Source: Candidatus Hydrogenedentota bacterium (GTDB taxonomy: Bacteria; Hydrogenedentota; Hydrogenedentia; Hydrogenedentales; JAEUWI01). Taken from it: DNA of 64,000 nucleotides. Below the pieces are notes generated by a model. It made no database searches. It worked only from the letters and a program-made list of their open reading frames with translations, and was not told where the DNA came from. A program made the translations under genes and the position numbers. The DNA is taken from NCBI GenBank assembly GCA_034669905.1, contig JAXMOL010000007.1:64001-128000 (forward strand), written 5' to 3'. This document shows, piece by piece, positions 1-12,748 of the stretch (positions are counted from its first letter, which is position 1; each line of letters opens with the position of its first letter).

Positions 1-1788
1 GGAATAGCGAAAGGTGGCGTAGAGAGGATAGTACCAAACCCGGAGTTCCGGTGAGTACCAACCGGAGTCGTCGTCTTCGGCCGCCATAATATCTTCTTCC
101 AGCTTGCGCCACTCTTCCCGATTGCTCAGGCCGTCGGCATCACCGTCCCCATCGGCACCGAGGTAGGCCTCCGCACTGGATGAATAGGTCTCTGGGAAAC
201 GGAGTTCCCGCCCGGTCAATGTGGGAATGACCTCTTGAATCCATCGACGGTGTCCGTAGTTGCCCAAGGTCATGAAGGCCGCCACCATGTTGACGGTACT
301 CTCCGCCTGGTCGCCCAGCATTCCCTGGGCGTTCCGCAGATTGGCCTCGAAGACCCGCCACACCGCCACGTGGGCCATGCCGCCGGTCGCCGAATTGTCA
401 AGATTCGGGTTTTGGAGTATCGACATGAGCAAGGCAATCTCCGCGACATCTGGAATGCCGTTGCCCGTAAGTTGTATCGCACCACTATGGTCCGTCCACG
501 TGCCGCCCCAGTCGATGGGTGATAAATAGACGGATTCCGAAGGGTCGAGCTGGCCGAGATCGGTGAGAAACTGGGAGTAGTCCCCAATCAAGTCAAGCGT
601 TTGGATGCCGGGGCGTTCCACAAAGATGGGCGCAACGGTGGTGGGATAGTCTGTGCGGAGGTTGAGATGTTGTGCACCGAACGACAATGCGGCAGGTTCA
701 TCGCTCCACCGCAGAAAGTGCCAGTCCGCATCCGGGAGGGCCCGTACCGAAAATGTACCGGGGGTGCAGTTGTCCTCCATCGTTCCGGTGCCCTCCTGGC
801 AGGCCACCAGGCATTCGAGATCGGTGCATTCAAAACGGGGCACGGGGTAGCTGCCCGGGGGAGGGCTGGTGGTGCCCCCTTCTGCCTCTTCGATGGTGAT
901 GGTCGCAAAGTCCACCGTGCCTGCGGGCGCAAAACGGGCAGTAATGACATCGTTTCCGAACAGCAGCAATTCCGTGTCCGTCAGGTAAGGATTCGCCACA
1001 TATCCATTTTCAGAGTGCCAGCGCCAGAACGCGTCCTGACCGGTGACGGCGCGCAAAGCGAGTCTTTCGTAGAACACGTCCGGATCAGTGATGTGCAGGG
1101 TGATTGGTTCCCCTTCCACCACCGTTGCCGTGGTCGTGCCCAGCGTGTAGTGCAACTCCCCGTCGCCTTCGACTTGCAGCGTAATGTCAAAGGCGAGGGT
1201 GAAATAGACCTCCACAAAGCGAATTTGGTCCACGAGAACGGTGGTGTGGGCGCTGGTAGGATCGGCGACCCCGTCGCCTGCCCAGCGCTCAAATCGGTGG
1301 TTCCCCGTTTCGAGCGCCGTAATTTCCACCACCGTACCGGGTGCATAGTAGTGTGACCGGAACTCCGGTGGATCCGTCTCCCCACCGAAGCCATCCACAT
1401 AAAGATAGAGAGATGGCCACACCCGGACGGTACGCGTAATCTCGTCCGCAGCCACGCCAAAACGATCGGTCGCGTTGTAGGTGACGTGGTATTCCCCGTA
1501 GGTCCCCGTGTCCACCGCACTGCTATCCATGATAATGGTTTCGACGACTTCGCCCAAATGGTCTACGGCCGTGGCTCCCGGCTCCTCATAGACTTCATTC
1601 AGATCAAGATAGAGGATAGATTCCCCCACCAATTCCAACGTAGGCGGCGTCGGAGCGGTTTCACCTGCGTTGGCGCCGGTCGAAAGGAGGGTCGTCACAC
1701 CAAAAACCAGGAGGACAAGTAGTCCCCGGGGGATGCTGGTAATTTCAGAAAGTGTCTGCCCCGTACCTGAGAATGCGATATTGCCCAT
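1..1788 (-). CDS. Large secreted/surface protein (signal peptide, DUF5011-type Ig domain, InlB-B-repeat-like domains, DxDxDG Ca-binding motif); 3' end runs off the window
   Basis: Not in the ORF track because it is incomplete. Hand-translated from ATG 1786-1788: MGNIAF...LLVLLVFGVTTLLSTGANAG, then LELVGESILYLDLNEVYEEPGATAVD...VDTGTYGEYHVTYNATD (DUF5011-like), FERWAGDGVADPTSAHTTVLVD, and DGDGDADGLSNREE. The frame was spot-checked open down to base 1. Confidence 0.8.
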   Translation of the reverse strand, partial: MGNIAFSGTGQTLSEITSIPRGLLVLLVFGVTTLLSTGANAGETAPTPPTLELVGESILYLDLNEVYEEPGATAVDHLGEVVETIIMDSSAVDTGTYGEYHVTYNATDRFGVAADEITRTVRVWPSLYLYVDGFGGETDPPEFRSHYYAPGTVVEITALETGNHRFERWAGDGVADPTSAHTTVLVDQIRFVEVYFTLAFDITLQVEGDGELHYTLGTTTATVVEGEPITLHITDPDVFYERLALRAVTGQDAFWRWHSENGYVANPYLTDTELLLFGNDVITARFAPAGTVDFATITIEEAEGGTTSPPPGSYPVPRFECTDLECLVACQEGTGTMEDNCTPGTFSVRALPDADWHFLRWSDEPAALSFGAQHLNLRTDYPTTVAPIFVERPGIQTLDLIGDYSQFLTDLGQLDPSESVYLSPIDWGGTWTDHSGAIQLTGNGIPDVAEIALLMSILQNPNLDNSATGGMAHVAVWRVFEANLRNAQGMLGDQAESTVNMVAAFMTLGNYGHRRWIQEVIPTLTGRELRFPETYSSSAEAYLGADGDGDADGLSNREEWRKLEEDIMAAEDDDSGWYSPELRVWYYPLYATFRYS

Positions 1789-1879
1789 GAGAATGGCCCC
1801 TGATAGTGTTTTGCCGCCAGATCACAGACGTCTCCTGGCGCGCCGCACGCCAGAATGAATAAGAAACATCTGTGACACC

Positions 1880-1910
1880 ATTCTAGCCATTTGGAGGTGC
1901 GGAGTGTCAA
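1880..1910 (-). promoter_or_regulatory. Possible sigma70 promoter TTGACA-19-TAGAAT for the 1..1788 gene
   Basis: Minus strand TTGACA (1905-1910) and TAGAAT (1880-1885). The 19-nt spacer is suboptimal. Confidence 0.35.
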
Positions 1911-2161
1911 GTGCCCGACCGGGGCGCCTACGGACTTTGGAGCGGATTCGCAGATGGCCCTCCAGGCTACCCTGATATCCACTCTGACGCCATCGCGGCC
2001 TTTGGCGAAACAGGGGTCAGGTATTCGGACTGCCTAGGCCGGGCTCGCATTCTGTAAATTACCCGTGTGTATACGCCATCACCCATCGTTTGCACCGAAT
2101 GTTCCCATCTTGGGGGCGCGCAGGTCAGGATTTCAGCCGTAAGTCTCCACGCGCAGTCCCC

Positions 2162-5380
<3,219 letters not shown>

Positions 5381-5508
5381 TGAATAGTCCCCTTTGGCAC
5401 TCACGTAAAGAAAGACATGGGTTGCACGGAGGGGTGGGTAATTTTGCCCCGAATGTCTACGCCCCAACTTGCCGCTTGACGGCCCTCTGCACCACCCAAT
5501 GGAGCTTC

Positions 5509-5537
5509 AGTATATGGGCAGTTGGCTATACTGTCAA
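5509..5537 (-). promoter_or_regulatory. sigma70 promoter TTGACA-17-TATACT
   Basis: Minus strand reads TTGACA gtatagccaactgccca TATACT, about 130 nt upstream of the 5380 start. Confidence 0.7.
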
Positions 5538-5619
5538 TCTCTTTATCCGTTGTGTGACGCGGGGCAAAAGACGACCGGAATATCCAAGAACCGTTTGTGC
5601 GAATCGTAGATGAGACGTC

Positions 5620-7047
5620 CTATTTCCACAAGCCCTTCAGCGCCGCCACCGTCGCATCCGTCAAGACCTGTCCGCCTTCGGAGCCTACTTCGTTGCTCTG
5701 CACAATGGCGCTGTAGCCGCCGCCGGCTTCGGCGTAGGGGGTGGGGACGTAGGTGCCGGGGCCGCAGAGTTGGATGAGGAAGGTCTGGAGCGCCGGGCTC
5801 TTGGCTTTCATCTGGATGCCGTATTGGAGGAAGAGCTCGAAGTCGTTGGTGGCGATGGCAATGTCGCCCAGGCGGAGGGTGTGGAGCTTCTGGTCGTAGG
5901 GGCGGAGTTCCCCGGCCTGCTGGCGATCATAGCGGTCGACCACACTCTGGTGCCACTTCACGCGCCGGAAATACTTCGCTTCCTTCTCCGACCATTTCAC
6001 GACCTCCTTCCTGGCGTCTTCCATTTCCTCTTTCGTGACCATTCGCTCGGGGAGTTCGACATGGGTTACTTGATGGACAAAGGGGAGGTCATCGAATTTT
6101 TCCTGCTGTGCGACGGCGTAGGTCTCTTCCCACGCATTCACCACGCGGCGGGCAATTTCCCCGATTTCGTCGAGACCACGCAATTTATTCATACGCGCTT
6201 CGGCGGCCTTGCGAATCTGCAGATGGGGCGTGTGGTCGCCCGCCGTGCTGATCCAGCCCACGACCACGAGGTCTTCGCCATGTTTCGCTTTCAGGGCCTC
6301 ACGGATGGGGTGCCAGAAGTCGGCGTTCACCTTGCTGCCGCTACCCGCGCGCTGGGCGGGACAGCCCAGACTCATGGCCGTGGCGATGAGGGTGTCGTTG
6401 GCATCCCAGAAATACAGCATCTCGATGCCGGGGTCGTCCGGTCCTTCAAAACCACGGAATCCGGGGATATGTTTCTTGCCATGCATGACCGCCGTGCCAT
6501 CGCCGTAGATCATCCGACGATTGTGGCCTACCACCGCATGGCCGAGACCCCAACCGGCCTTGGCAGGCTGGCGTTCCTTCCAGGCTTTCTCGGCGGCATC
6601 GGCAACCTGTTGGGTAAAGAAGGCGCGGTATTCCGCGGGGGTCATGACGCCTTCGGGGATATGGTAATTCCCATCCACCAGGACCGGGGCCGTGTGGGAG
6701 TGGGTCGCGCTGAGGATGAGCTTATCGATATCAAAGTCGGGAATGCGTGGGGCGAGTTCAGCGGCCACCTGCTCCGCAATGCCCCCGCGAATGGCGACGA
6801 GGCCACACGCCACGAAGATGGCCTGATCCTTCACCACGTCACCGTCCCGGGATTCGATGGCCAGGATGTTGGCCTGGACCGGCGACTCCACCTCGGTAGA
6901 AACGCGGGTGTGCATCTGCCCCGAAAGGGTTACGGGGCCATCGGGGGTGATGGAGGTGGATTCCGCGCCCACATGGAGCGTGGCAGCGTGGGTGAGTGCG
7001 GAGCCGCTGAGGGCGAGCGTCAAGACAAGAATAGCGCGATACAACAT
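5620..7047 (-). CDS. Secreted neutral/alkaline ceramidase-like metallohydrolase (paralog A)
   Basis: Signal peptide MLYRAILVLTLALSGSALTHA; SITP, LSATHSHTAP, GHNRR, ADFW and LRLGDIAIAT..ELF..YG motifs typical of the ceramidase N-terminal-like family. Confidence 0.7.
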   Translation of the reverse strand: MLYRAILVLTLALSGSALTHAATLHVGAESTSITPDGPVTLSGQMHTRVSTEVESPVQANILAIESRDGDVVKDQAIFVACGLVAIRGGIAEQVAAELAPRIPDFDIDKLILSATHSHTAPVLVDGNYHIPEGVMTPAEYRAFFTQQVADAAEKAWKERQPAKAGWGLGHAVVGHNRRMIYGDGTAVMHGKKHIPGFRGFEGPDDPGIEMLYFWDANDTLIATAMSLGCPAQRAGSGSKVNADFWHPIREALKAKHGEDLVVVGWISTAGDHTPHLQIRKAAEARMNKLRGLDEIGEIARRVVNAWEETYAVAQQEKFDDLPFVHQVTHVELPERMVTKEEMEDARKEVVKWSEKEAKYFRRVKWHQSVVDRYDRQQAGELRPYDQKLHTLRLGDIAIATNDFELFLQYGIQMKAKSPALQTFLIQLCGPGTYVPTPYAEAGGGYSAIVQSNEVGSEGGQVLTDATVAALKGLWK

Positions 7048-7090
7048 CGGTAAGTAAACTCCTGGAAAATCTGTCGGGACCAACTGTTTT

Positions 7091-7234
7091 CACCACGAAG
7101 GTCACGGAGAACGGAGGAAGAAGATTTCACGGAACAGACTGCGAAAGTTGACCCCTTCCAGGGCAAGACAATGGCTGTCTATGTACTTCTCTTCGAGTTG
7201 TGCTTCCTTCGCGCTCTTCGTGCCCTTCGTGGTG
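7091..7234. repeat. Intergenic imperfect inverted repeat whose arms have 9-nt periodicity (CACGAAG-type)
   Basis: Left arm 7091 caccacgaaggtcacggagaacggaggaag; reverse complement of 7203-7234 is caccacgaagggcacgaagagcgcgaaggaag. Confidence 0.7.
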
Positions 7235-7252
7235 TAGCGTTTGAGGTTTGGA

Positions 7253-8698
7253 TTACTTCTTTTCCGCCCACATTTCCTTCACGGCGCGCACGGTCTCATC
7301 CACAATCACCTGTCCACCTTCGGGACCCACGTCATTACTCTGGACAATGGCGCTGTAGCCACCACCGGCTGCGGCAAGGGGGGTGGGGATGTAGGTGCCC
7401 GGTCCCGCAAGCTGGATAAGGAAAGAATGGAGTGCCGGGCTTTTGGCTTTAATCTGAATCCCGTATTGGGTGAATAATTCGAAGTCATTGGTGGCGATGG
7501 CGATGTCCCCGAGGCGGAGGGTGTGGAGTTCCATGGCGTAGGGCACGATATCCCCGCGCTGCTGGCGGTCATAGCGGGCCAATACTTTTTCATGCCATTT
7601 AACACGGCGGGAGAATTTGACGTCCTTCGACCATTTTTCGATTTCCATTTTCGCATCGTTCATTTCTTCTTCCGTCACGATACGTTCGGGCAATTGGATA
7701 GTTTCGACCTGATGCACCAGCGGAAGGTCGTCAAACTTTTCTTTCGCTGCCCCTTCATAGGCTTCTTCCCAGGCATGGATAACACGGCGGGCGATTTCTT
7801 CCAGGCGGGTCAGGCCCCGGAGTTCGCGCATGCGATCTTCTGCCTGCTTTCGGAAACGGATGTGGGGCGACTGGTCACCGGCGGCACCAATCCAGCCGAG
7901 GACAACGAGGTCCTTGCCATATTTCTCTTTCAGCCCTTCACGGACCGGGTGCCAGAAGTCGGCGTTAACTGCCCTCCGGCTTTCCACTTCCTGGGCGGGA
8001 CAGGCAATGTTCACGGCGGTGGTGATGAGCTGGTCGTCTTCGCCCCAGAAGAAGAGGACTTCCACGGCGTGGTCTTCCGGCCCTTCGATACCGCGAAAGC
8101 CATCGACACTGATGTCGCCATACATCTGGTGGTGGCCGTCTTCGAAGTAGGAGCGGCGATTATAGGCCACCACGGCATGAGACATGCCCCAGCCGGCTTT
8201 GGCGGGGCGACGGGATTTCCACGCGGCTTCGGCGGCCTCGGCCACCTGGAGCGTCAGGAAATCCACATAGGCCGTGGGCGTCATGACATCGGGGTCGTCG
8301 ACTTTATATTTGTTTTCCAACAAGACCGGGGCCGTGTGGGTGTGCGTCGCACTGAGGACGAGCTTCTGGATATCAAAGTCGGGGATGCGCGGTGCCAGCT
8401 CTTCGCGCACGCGCTCCAGCAGGCCTTCCCGGATGGCCACCAGCCCGCAGGCCACGAAAATGGCTTGCTCCACCACCGTGTCGCCCTCACGGGATTCCAG
8501 GGCCATGGCGTTGGCCTGGACTTCCGATTCGACTGAGCGTGCAATGCGGGTCGACATTTGTCCGGTCAGCGCGACCGGCATGTCGGGCGTAATGCTTGTT
8601 GTGTGGGCACCCACGTGGAGGGTGGCCGCCGTCGCGGTGGCGCTGAAGAGGACAGTGGCAAGGCAGGTGAACAGAAAACAATGGTAGCTTCGGTACAT
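7253..8698 (-). CDS. Secreted neutral/alkaline ceramidase-like metallohydrolase (paralog B)
   Basis: Colinear with 5620..7047 over its whole length (LSATHTHTAP, NADFWHP, AAGGGYSAIVQSN); has a signal peptide. Confidence 0.7.
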   Translation of the reverse strand: MYRSYHCFLFTCLATVLFSATATAATLHVGAHTTSITPDMPVALTGQMSTRIARSVESEVQANAMALESREGDTVVEQAIFVACGLVAIREGLLERVREELAPRIPDFDIQKLVLSATHTHTAPVLLENKYKVDDPDVMTPTAYVDFLTLQVAEAAEAAWKSRRPAKAGWGMSHAVVAYNRRSYFEDGHHQMYGDISVDGFRGIEGPEDHAVEVLFFWGEDDQLITTAVNIACPAQEVESRRAVNADFWHPVREGLKEKYGKDLVVLGWIGAAGDQSPHIRFRKQAEDRMRELRGLTRLEEIARRVIHAWEEAYEGAAKEKFDDLPLVHQVETIQLPERIVTEEEMNDAKMEIEKWSKDVKFSRRVKWHEKVLARYDRQQRGDIVPYAMELHTLRLGDIAIATNDFELFTQYGIQIKAKSPALHSFLIQLAGPGTYIPTPLAAAGGGYSAIVQSNDVGPEGGQVIVDETVRAVKEMWAEKK

Positions 8699-8973
8699 AA
8701 TGATGATTTCCCCGTGGTAAATCGACCGTAGTTGAACGTTCCAATGGCCGTTACCATAGCACCGCCCTCGTCTACGGTACCAATCCGGGAAAAGGGACTG
8801 AAACCTCCCCGCCCATCGCCGCGTCTCATGGGCCGTGTTTCCGGAGGTTGCCTATCTGCGTCGTTGGAGCGGATAATGGGCGCTGCGGCGGAAAGGGCAC
8901 TATCGGTGCCCGACAGCACAGGAACGGTAGACCCGTTTGTTCGCAGGGTGAACCGAGACAAAGGCATAGCAGC

Positions 8974-10326
8974 ATGACGAAATCACTATTGACCCGTAAA
9001 GAACCGCTCGGCATGGCGCGTCCAATCGGATGGGGGCTGCGGATGGTGCTGGTGGGTCTCTCGGCGCTCTGCATTTCCGCCTGCGAGCATACCGGCCTGA
9101 TGAAGACCCCCAACATCTACCTGGCCACCGATCTGGATCCCTTCGCGGAATTGCCCCCGGAAAAGCAACAGGTTACGGTGGATCTGCTCTACGCCACCGA
9201 CCGTGTGCCGGAACTAGACGTGGAAGAGCCTCATGGTCGTGGGGTTCAATATGGGCACCATCGATCCGACAGCCTGGCCTTTGGGCGGGCGACGGTGGCG
9301 CTGGGCGAACACGTGACCTGGGAAGATCTCCATGAGGCGAGCCTGAGCCGCCAGCGCAACCGACGCTTCGTCCCCTTCCTGGAGGAGACGGTGGAATTGG
9401 GACGTTTTCCGGCATCGCAGAAAACGTGGATTGCGGCAGGGGGGGGCCTGAAGCCTAACGAAGAGAATCAGGCCCTTTCGCAGGCGGCCATCACCGGGAT
9501 GCAGCGTGAAGTGTCGCGCTTGCTGGAAAGCAGTGACCGCCGGGAAGCCTTTATCTTTATCCACGGTTACAACAATCAGTTCTACCATGCGTCATTGACG
9601 ATGGCCCAGCTCTGGCACTTTATGGGCCGACCCGGGGTGCCTATGATCTACTCCTGGCCCGCGGGGCGGGGGGGGCTCCGAGGTTATACGTCCGACACCG
9701 AGTCTTCTCAGTTCACGGTCTTTCACCTCAAGCAGTTTCTGCGGGCGCTGGTGGAAACACCCGGCCTCGAGAAAATACACATTCTCGCCCATAGTCGCGG
9801 TACCGACGTGGCAACCACGGCAATCCGGGAACTCATGTTGTCGTACCGTGCGGCGGGAAAAGACAGCCGGGACACGCTGAAACTGGGGAACCTCGTGCTG
9901 GTGGCCCCCGATCTGGATATTGACGTGGTGCAGCAGACCCTGGTGGCCGAAGGCATGATCGGCGTCCCCGAGCGCTTTACCGTCTATATTTCCCCCCGTG
10001 ACCGGGCCCTCCTTCTCTCCTCGTGGATGATGGACAGCGTGAAACGACTGGGCAACATCGGGGCCGAGAACCTGAGTGCCGAAGAGCGGGCCAGCATCAC
10101 GGCCGTGCCCTTGTTGACCTACATAAACGCCGACGTGAAGAGTGACATTACCGGCCATGCGTATTTCTGGACCAATCCGGCGGCCAGTTCCGATTTAATC
10201 CTGCTCCTGCGGGATGATTTGCCGCCGGGGATTAATTCTGGCCGGCCCCTGCAGCGAAAGTCGGACAACTATTGGGTTCTCCGCGATCACTATCTGCTGC
10301 GGACACCTGACCTGAAGGCCGAGTAA
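8974..10326 (+). CDS. Alpha/beta hydrolase lipoprotein, DUF900 family
   Basis: LYATDR, FIFIHGYNN, YSWPA, HILAHSRG (nucleophile Ser), LVAPDLD, GHAYF; lipobox-like LCISAC. Start could instead be 9013. Confidence 0.85.
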   Translation: MTKSLLTRKEPLGMARPIGWGLRMVLVGLSALCISACEHTGLMKTPNIYLATDLDPFAELPPEKQQVTVDLLYATDRVPELDVEEPHGRGVQYGHHRSDSLAFGRATVALGEHVTWEDLHEASLSRQRNRRFVPFLEETVELGRFPASQKTWIAAGGGLKPNEENQALSQAAITGMQREVSRLLESSDRREAFIFIHGYNNQFYHASLTMAQLWHFMGRPGVPMIYSWPAGRGGLRGYTSDTESSQFTVFHLKQFLRALVETPGLEKIHILAHSRGTDVATTAIRELMLSYRAAGKDSRDTLKLGNLVLVAPDLDIDVVQQTLVAEGMIGVPERFTVYISPRDRALLLSSWMMDSVKRLGNIGAENLSAEERASITAVPLLTYINADVKSDITGHAYFWTNPAASSDLILLLRDDLPPGINSGRPLQRKSDNYWVLRDHYLLRTPDLKAE

Positions 10327-10383
10327 GTGGAGCGGGCGCGGCCTGCTTGCCTGGTTACGGGTCGCCGTATTTACGCAAAACTG

Positions 10384-10412
10384 TTGCGCACAGGTCCGGA
10401 ATGATTTACACT
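10384..10412 (+). promoter_or_regulatory. Probable sigma70 promoter TTGCGC-17-TACACT
   Basis: 17-nt spacing, about 100 nt upstream of the Hpt gene. Confidence 0.45.
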
Positions 10413-10518
10413 CAACGAAGGCTTTCGGTGTGGTGAGACGGCGTCTTGGCTACTTCACCGTGGGCTGCTACACCCGATCGGCGATTGGTGAGTTGATAAG
10501 AAAAGCTTGGAGATGGAT

Positions 10519-10884
10519 ATGACGGAACAGGCAGGGAACGGCGCTGCGGCCATAGATTTCACCCGCATCCAGGAAACGTCGTGCGGAGACACGGAGTTCG
10601 AGCAGGAGCTTTTTCAGCTCTTCCTGGACGACAGCGCTGCGCGCATGGCGGTGCTCAAGTCGGCCCTGGATGGCAGCGACATGCAAAAAGTCCACCTGGA
10701 AGCGCACACGCTTAAGGGCGCTGGCGTCAACGTTGGCACGCTGCAGTTTCATGAGATCGCCGCTGCGCTAGAGCAACTTGATGCCGATGCAGCCGGTGTC
10801 CGGGGGCAGGAGTTGTTTGCGAACCTGGAACGAGAGTACTCCCGCGTGCACAGCGATATCACCACCTACCTCGCCACCCTGTAG
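10519..10884 (+). CDS. Stand-alone Hpt (histidine phosphotransfer) protein
   Basis: AHTLKGAGVNVG phospho-His motif; GDTEFEQELFQLF; GGAGA RBS before ATG 10519. Confidence 0.9.
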   Translation: MTEQAGNGAAAIDFTRIQETSCGDTEFEQELFQLFLDDSAARMAVLKSALDGSDMQKVHLEAHTLKGAGVNVGTLQFHEIAAALEQLDADAAGVRGQELFANLEREYSRVHSDITTYLATL

Positions 10885-10973
10885 CACCCCTTTCTCCGAC
10901 GGAATCGTCATGCTGATTGCCCGACGTGCTGCGGGCCCTTGCTCCCCGAAATGAGAAAAAGCACCTTCTTGTG

Positions 10974-11002
10974 TTGGATTCGCCGCCGTATCGCGGTACA
11001 AT
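10974..11002 (+). promoter_or_regulatory. Probable sigma70 promoter TTGGAT-17-TACAAT
   Basis: 17-nt spacing, directly upstream of the AAGGAGG RBS of the DUF151 gene. Confidence 0.5.
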
Positions 11003-11024
11003 CCCCCTAACAAAGGAGGCTGTT

Positions 11025-11498
11025 ATGCTTGAAGTAGAAATTCTCGGGGTAAGCCAGGCCGAAGAGCACCGTTATCCCCTGGTGCTGTTACGGCACGAGA
11101 GTCGTGTCTTGCCCATTCTCGTCGGCATTCCCGAAGCCAGTGCCATACAGCTTGGCCTTCAGGGCGAGAAAACAGCCCGGCCCATGACCCACGATTTGAT
11201 TTGCAATCTGCTTGCCGGACTCCGGGGAGAATTGATTTCCGTCAATATCTACAAGCTCGAGAATGAGACCTTTCTGGCCCACCTGAACGTGGAGCAGAAG
11301 AATAACAATGGGGAGGTCGAGCAGATTCTACGCATCGACACCCGACCCAGCGACGGAATCGCCATTGCCGTTCGTGTCGGCTGCCCCATCCTCGTGGCGG
11401 AAGAGGTCATGGACGCGGCGGCTCAGGATGCGTCCATACTCGGTGGAGATGATGAGGAAGAAGAGGAAGATGACGACGTAGACGGCGAGGAGTACTAG
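11025..11498 (+). CDS. Bifunctional nuclease family protein (DUF151) with acidic tail
   Basis: LPILVGIPEA, RPMTHDL, IDTRPSDGIAIAVR; strong RBS. Confidence 0.9.
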   Translation: MLEVEILGVSQAEEHRYPLVLLRHESRVLPILVGIPEASAIQLGLQGEKTARPMTHDLICNLLAGLRGELISVNIYKLENETFLAHLNVEQKNNNGEVEQILRIDTRPSDGIAIAVRVGCPILVAEEVMDAAAQDASILGGDDEEEEEDDDVDGEEY

Positions 11499-11521
11499 GG
11501 GAGTCAGGCCATTCGGGCGGA

Positions 11522-12589
11522 CTACTCCGGTCGCAACAAGTCGAGAAACTTGTGGTTGGCCTTGGGAAAGGCGTAGTTCCCGAAATCCTCGGGCACAATC
11601 CATTTCAAGTCGGTATGTACCTTCGACTGCGCCTCGCCCGACAGGATTTCGCAGCGGTAGACATTGAGCGTGACCTTGAGGTGGGTGTAGACGTGTTTTA
11701 CCGAGGCGACCATGCCACCCACTTTTACCGTCACTCCCAATTCCTCGGCACATTCCCGTTCCAGTGCCGCCTGATGGGTTTCCCCCGCTTCCAGTTTGCC
11801 GCCGGGAAACTCCCACAGCCCCGCCAGCATGCCGTCCGGCCCCCGCTTCCCGATAAGGTAGCGTCCCTCGCGCTCAATGACGGCCACCACGATTTCCTTG
11901 TGGGGTACGGCCTTGCGGGGCTTCTTCACCGGCCGTTTCTCCTGCAGGCCCTTCTTCTGTGCGGCACACTCGGATAAGACGGGGCACGAGGCGCAGTCTG
12001 GCTTTCGGGGGGTGCAAATCCGGGCCCCGAGCTCCATCATGCTCTGATTGAAGTCACCCGGTGCCGACTCCGGTACCAGTGCATCTGCAATAGCCCAGAG
12101 CTTTTTTTCCGTCGCGCTCTCCCCAATCGGCAGGGCGATATTAAAAATGCGCGTGAGTACCCGTTTTACATTGCCGTCCACCACGGGGACCCGTTCATTG
12201 AAGGCAATACTGGCAATGGCGCCTGCGGTGTAGCGGCCGACGCCGGGGAGTAGCTGGAGAATCTCCGCCGACTCGGGCAGGGCGCCGTGGTGTTGTTCCA
12301 TGACCTGTCGTGCGGCCTTGTGGAGGTTTCGGGCGCGGGTGTAATAGCCCAGGCCTTCCCACAGTTTCAGCACTTCATCTTCCGACGCCGCCGCGAGTGC
12401 CGGTAAGGTGGGCAGGGCCGCAAGAAAGCGCTCGTAGTAGGGGAGTCCCTGATCGACCCGGGTCTGTTGCAGGAGGATTTCAGAAAGCCAGATATGATAA
12501 GGATCCCGGCTCTTTCGCCAGGGAAGATCCCGTGCTTCTTCCCGGAACCAATGGAGGAGTGACTTGCGGATATTCTGCGCCTGTTGCAT
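11522..12589 (-). CDS. mutY: A/G-specific adenine glycosylase MutY with C-terminal Nudix (MutT-like) domain
   Basis: RDLPWR, WLSEILLQQT, WEGLGYYTRARNL, HhH LPGVGRYTAGAI, VDGNVKRV, FeS CTPRKPDCASCP..C. Start MQQAQ at 12589. Confidence 0.95.
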   Translation of the reverse strand: MQQAQNIRKSLLHWFREEARDLPWRKSRDPYHIWLSEILLQQTRVDQGLPYYERFLAALPTLPALAAASEDEVLKLWEGLGYYTRARNLHKAARQVMEQHHGALPESAEILQLLPGVGRYTAGAIASIAFNERVPVVDGNVKRVLTRIFNIALPIGESATEKKLWAIADALVPESAPGDFNQSMMELGARICTPRKPDCASCPVLSECAAQKKGLQEKRPVKKPRKAVPHKEIVVAVIEREGRYLIGKRGPDGMLAGLWEFPGGKLEAGETHQAALERECAEELGVTVKVGGMVASVKHVYTHLKVTLNVYRCEILSGEAQSKVHTDLKWIVPEDFGNYAFPKANHKFLDLLRPE

Positions 12590-12748
12590 AATGCGGTGGC
12601 TTTCCAACGTAATGGTATTTCGTGACAGCGAATAATGTGGGCGACCGAAGGGTATTGGGAGATGCCTGTCGGGTGCTGAGGCCCTATAGTACATGGGATC
12701 GCGATCCAATTGCCTGCGCGTATGGCCCACCCACAACGAAGATGGTGA

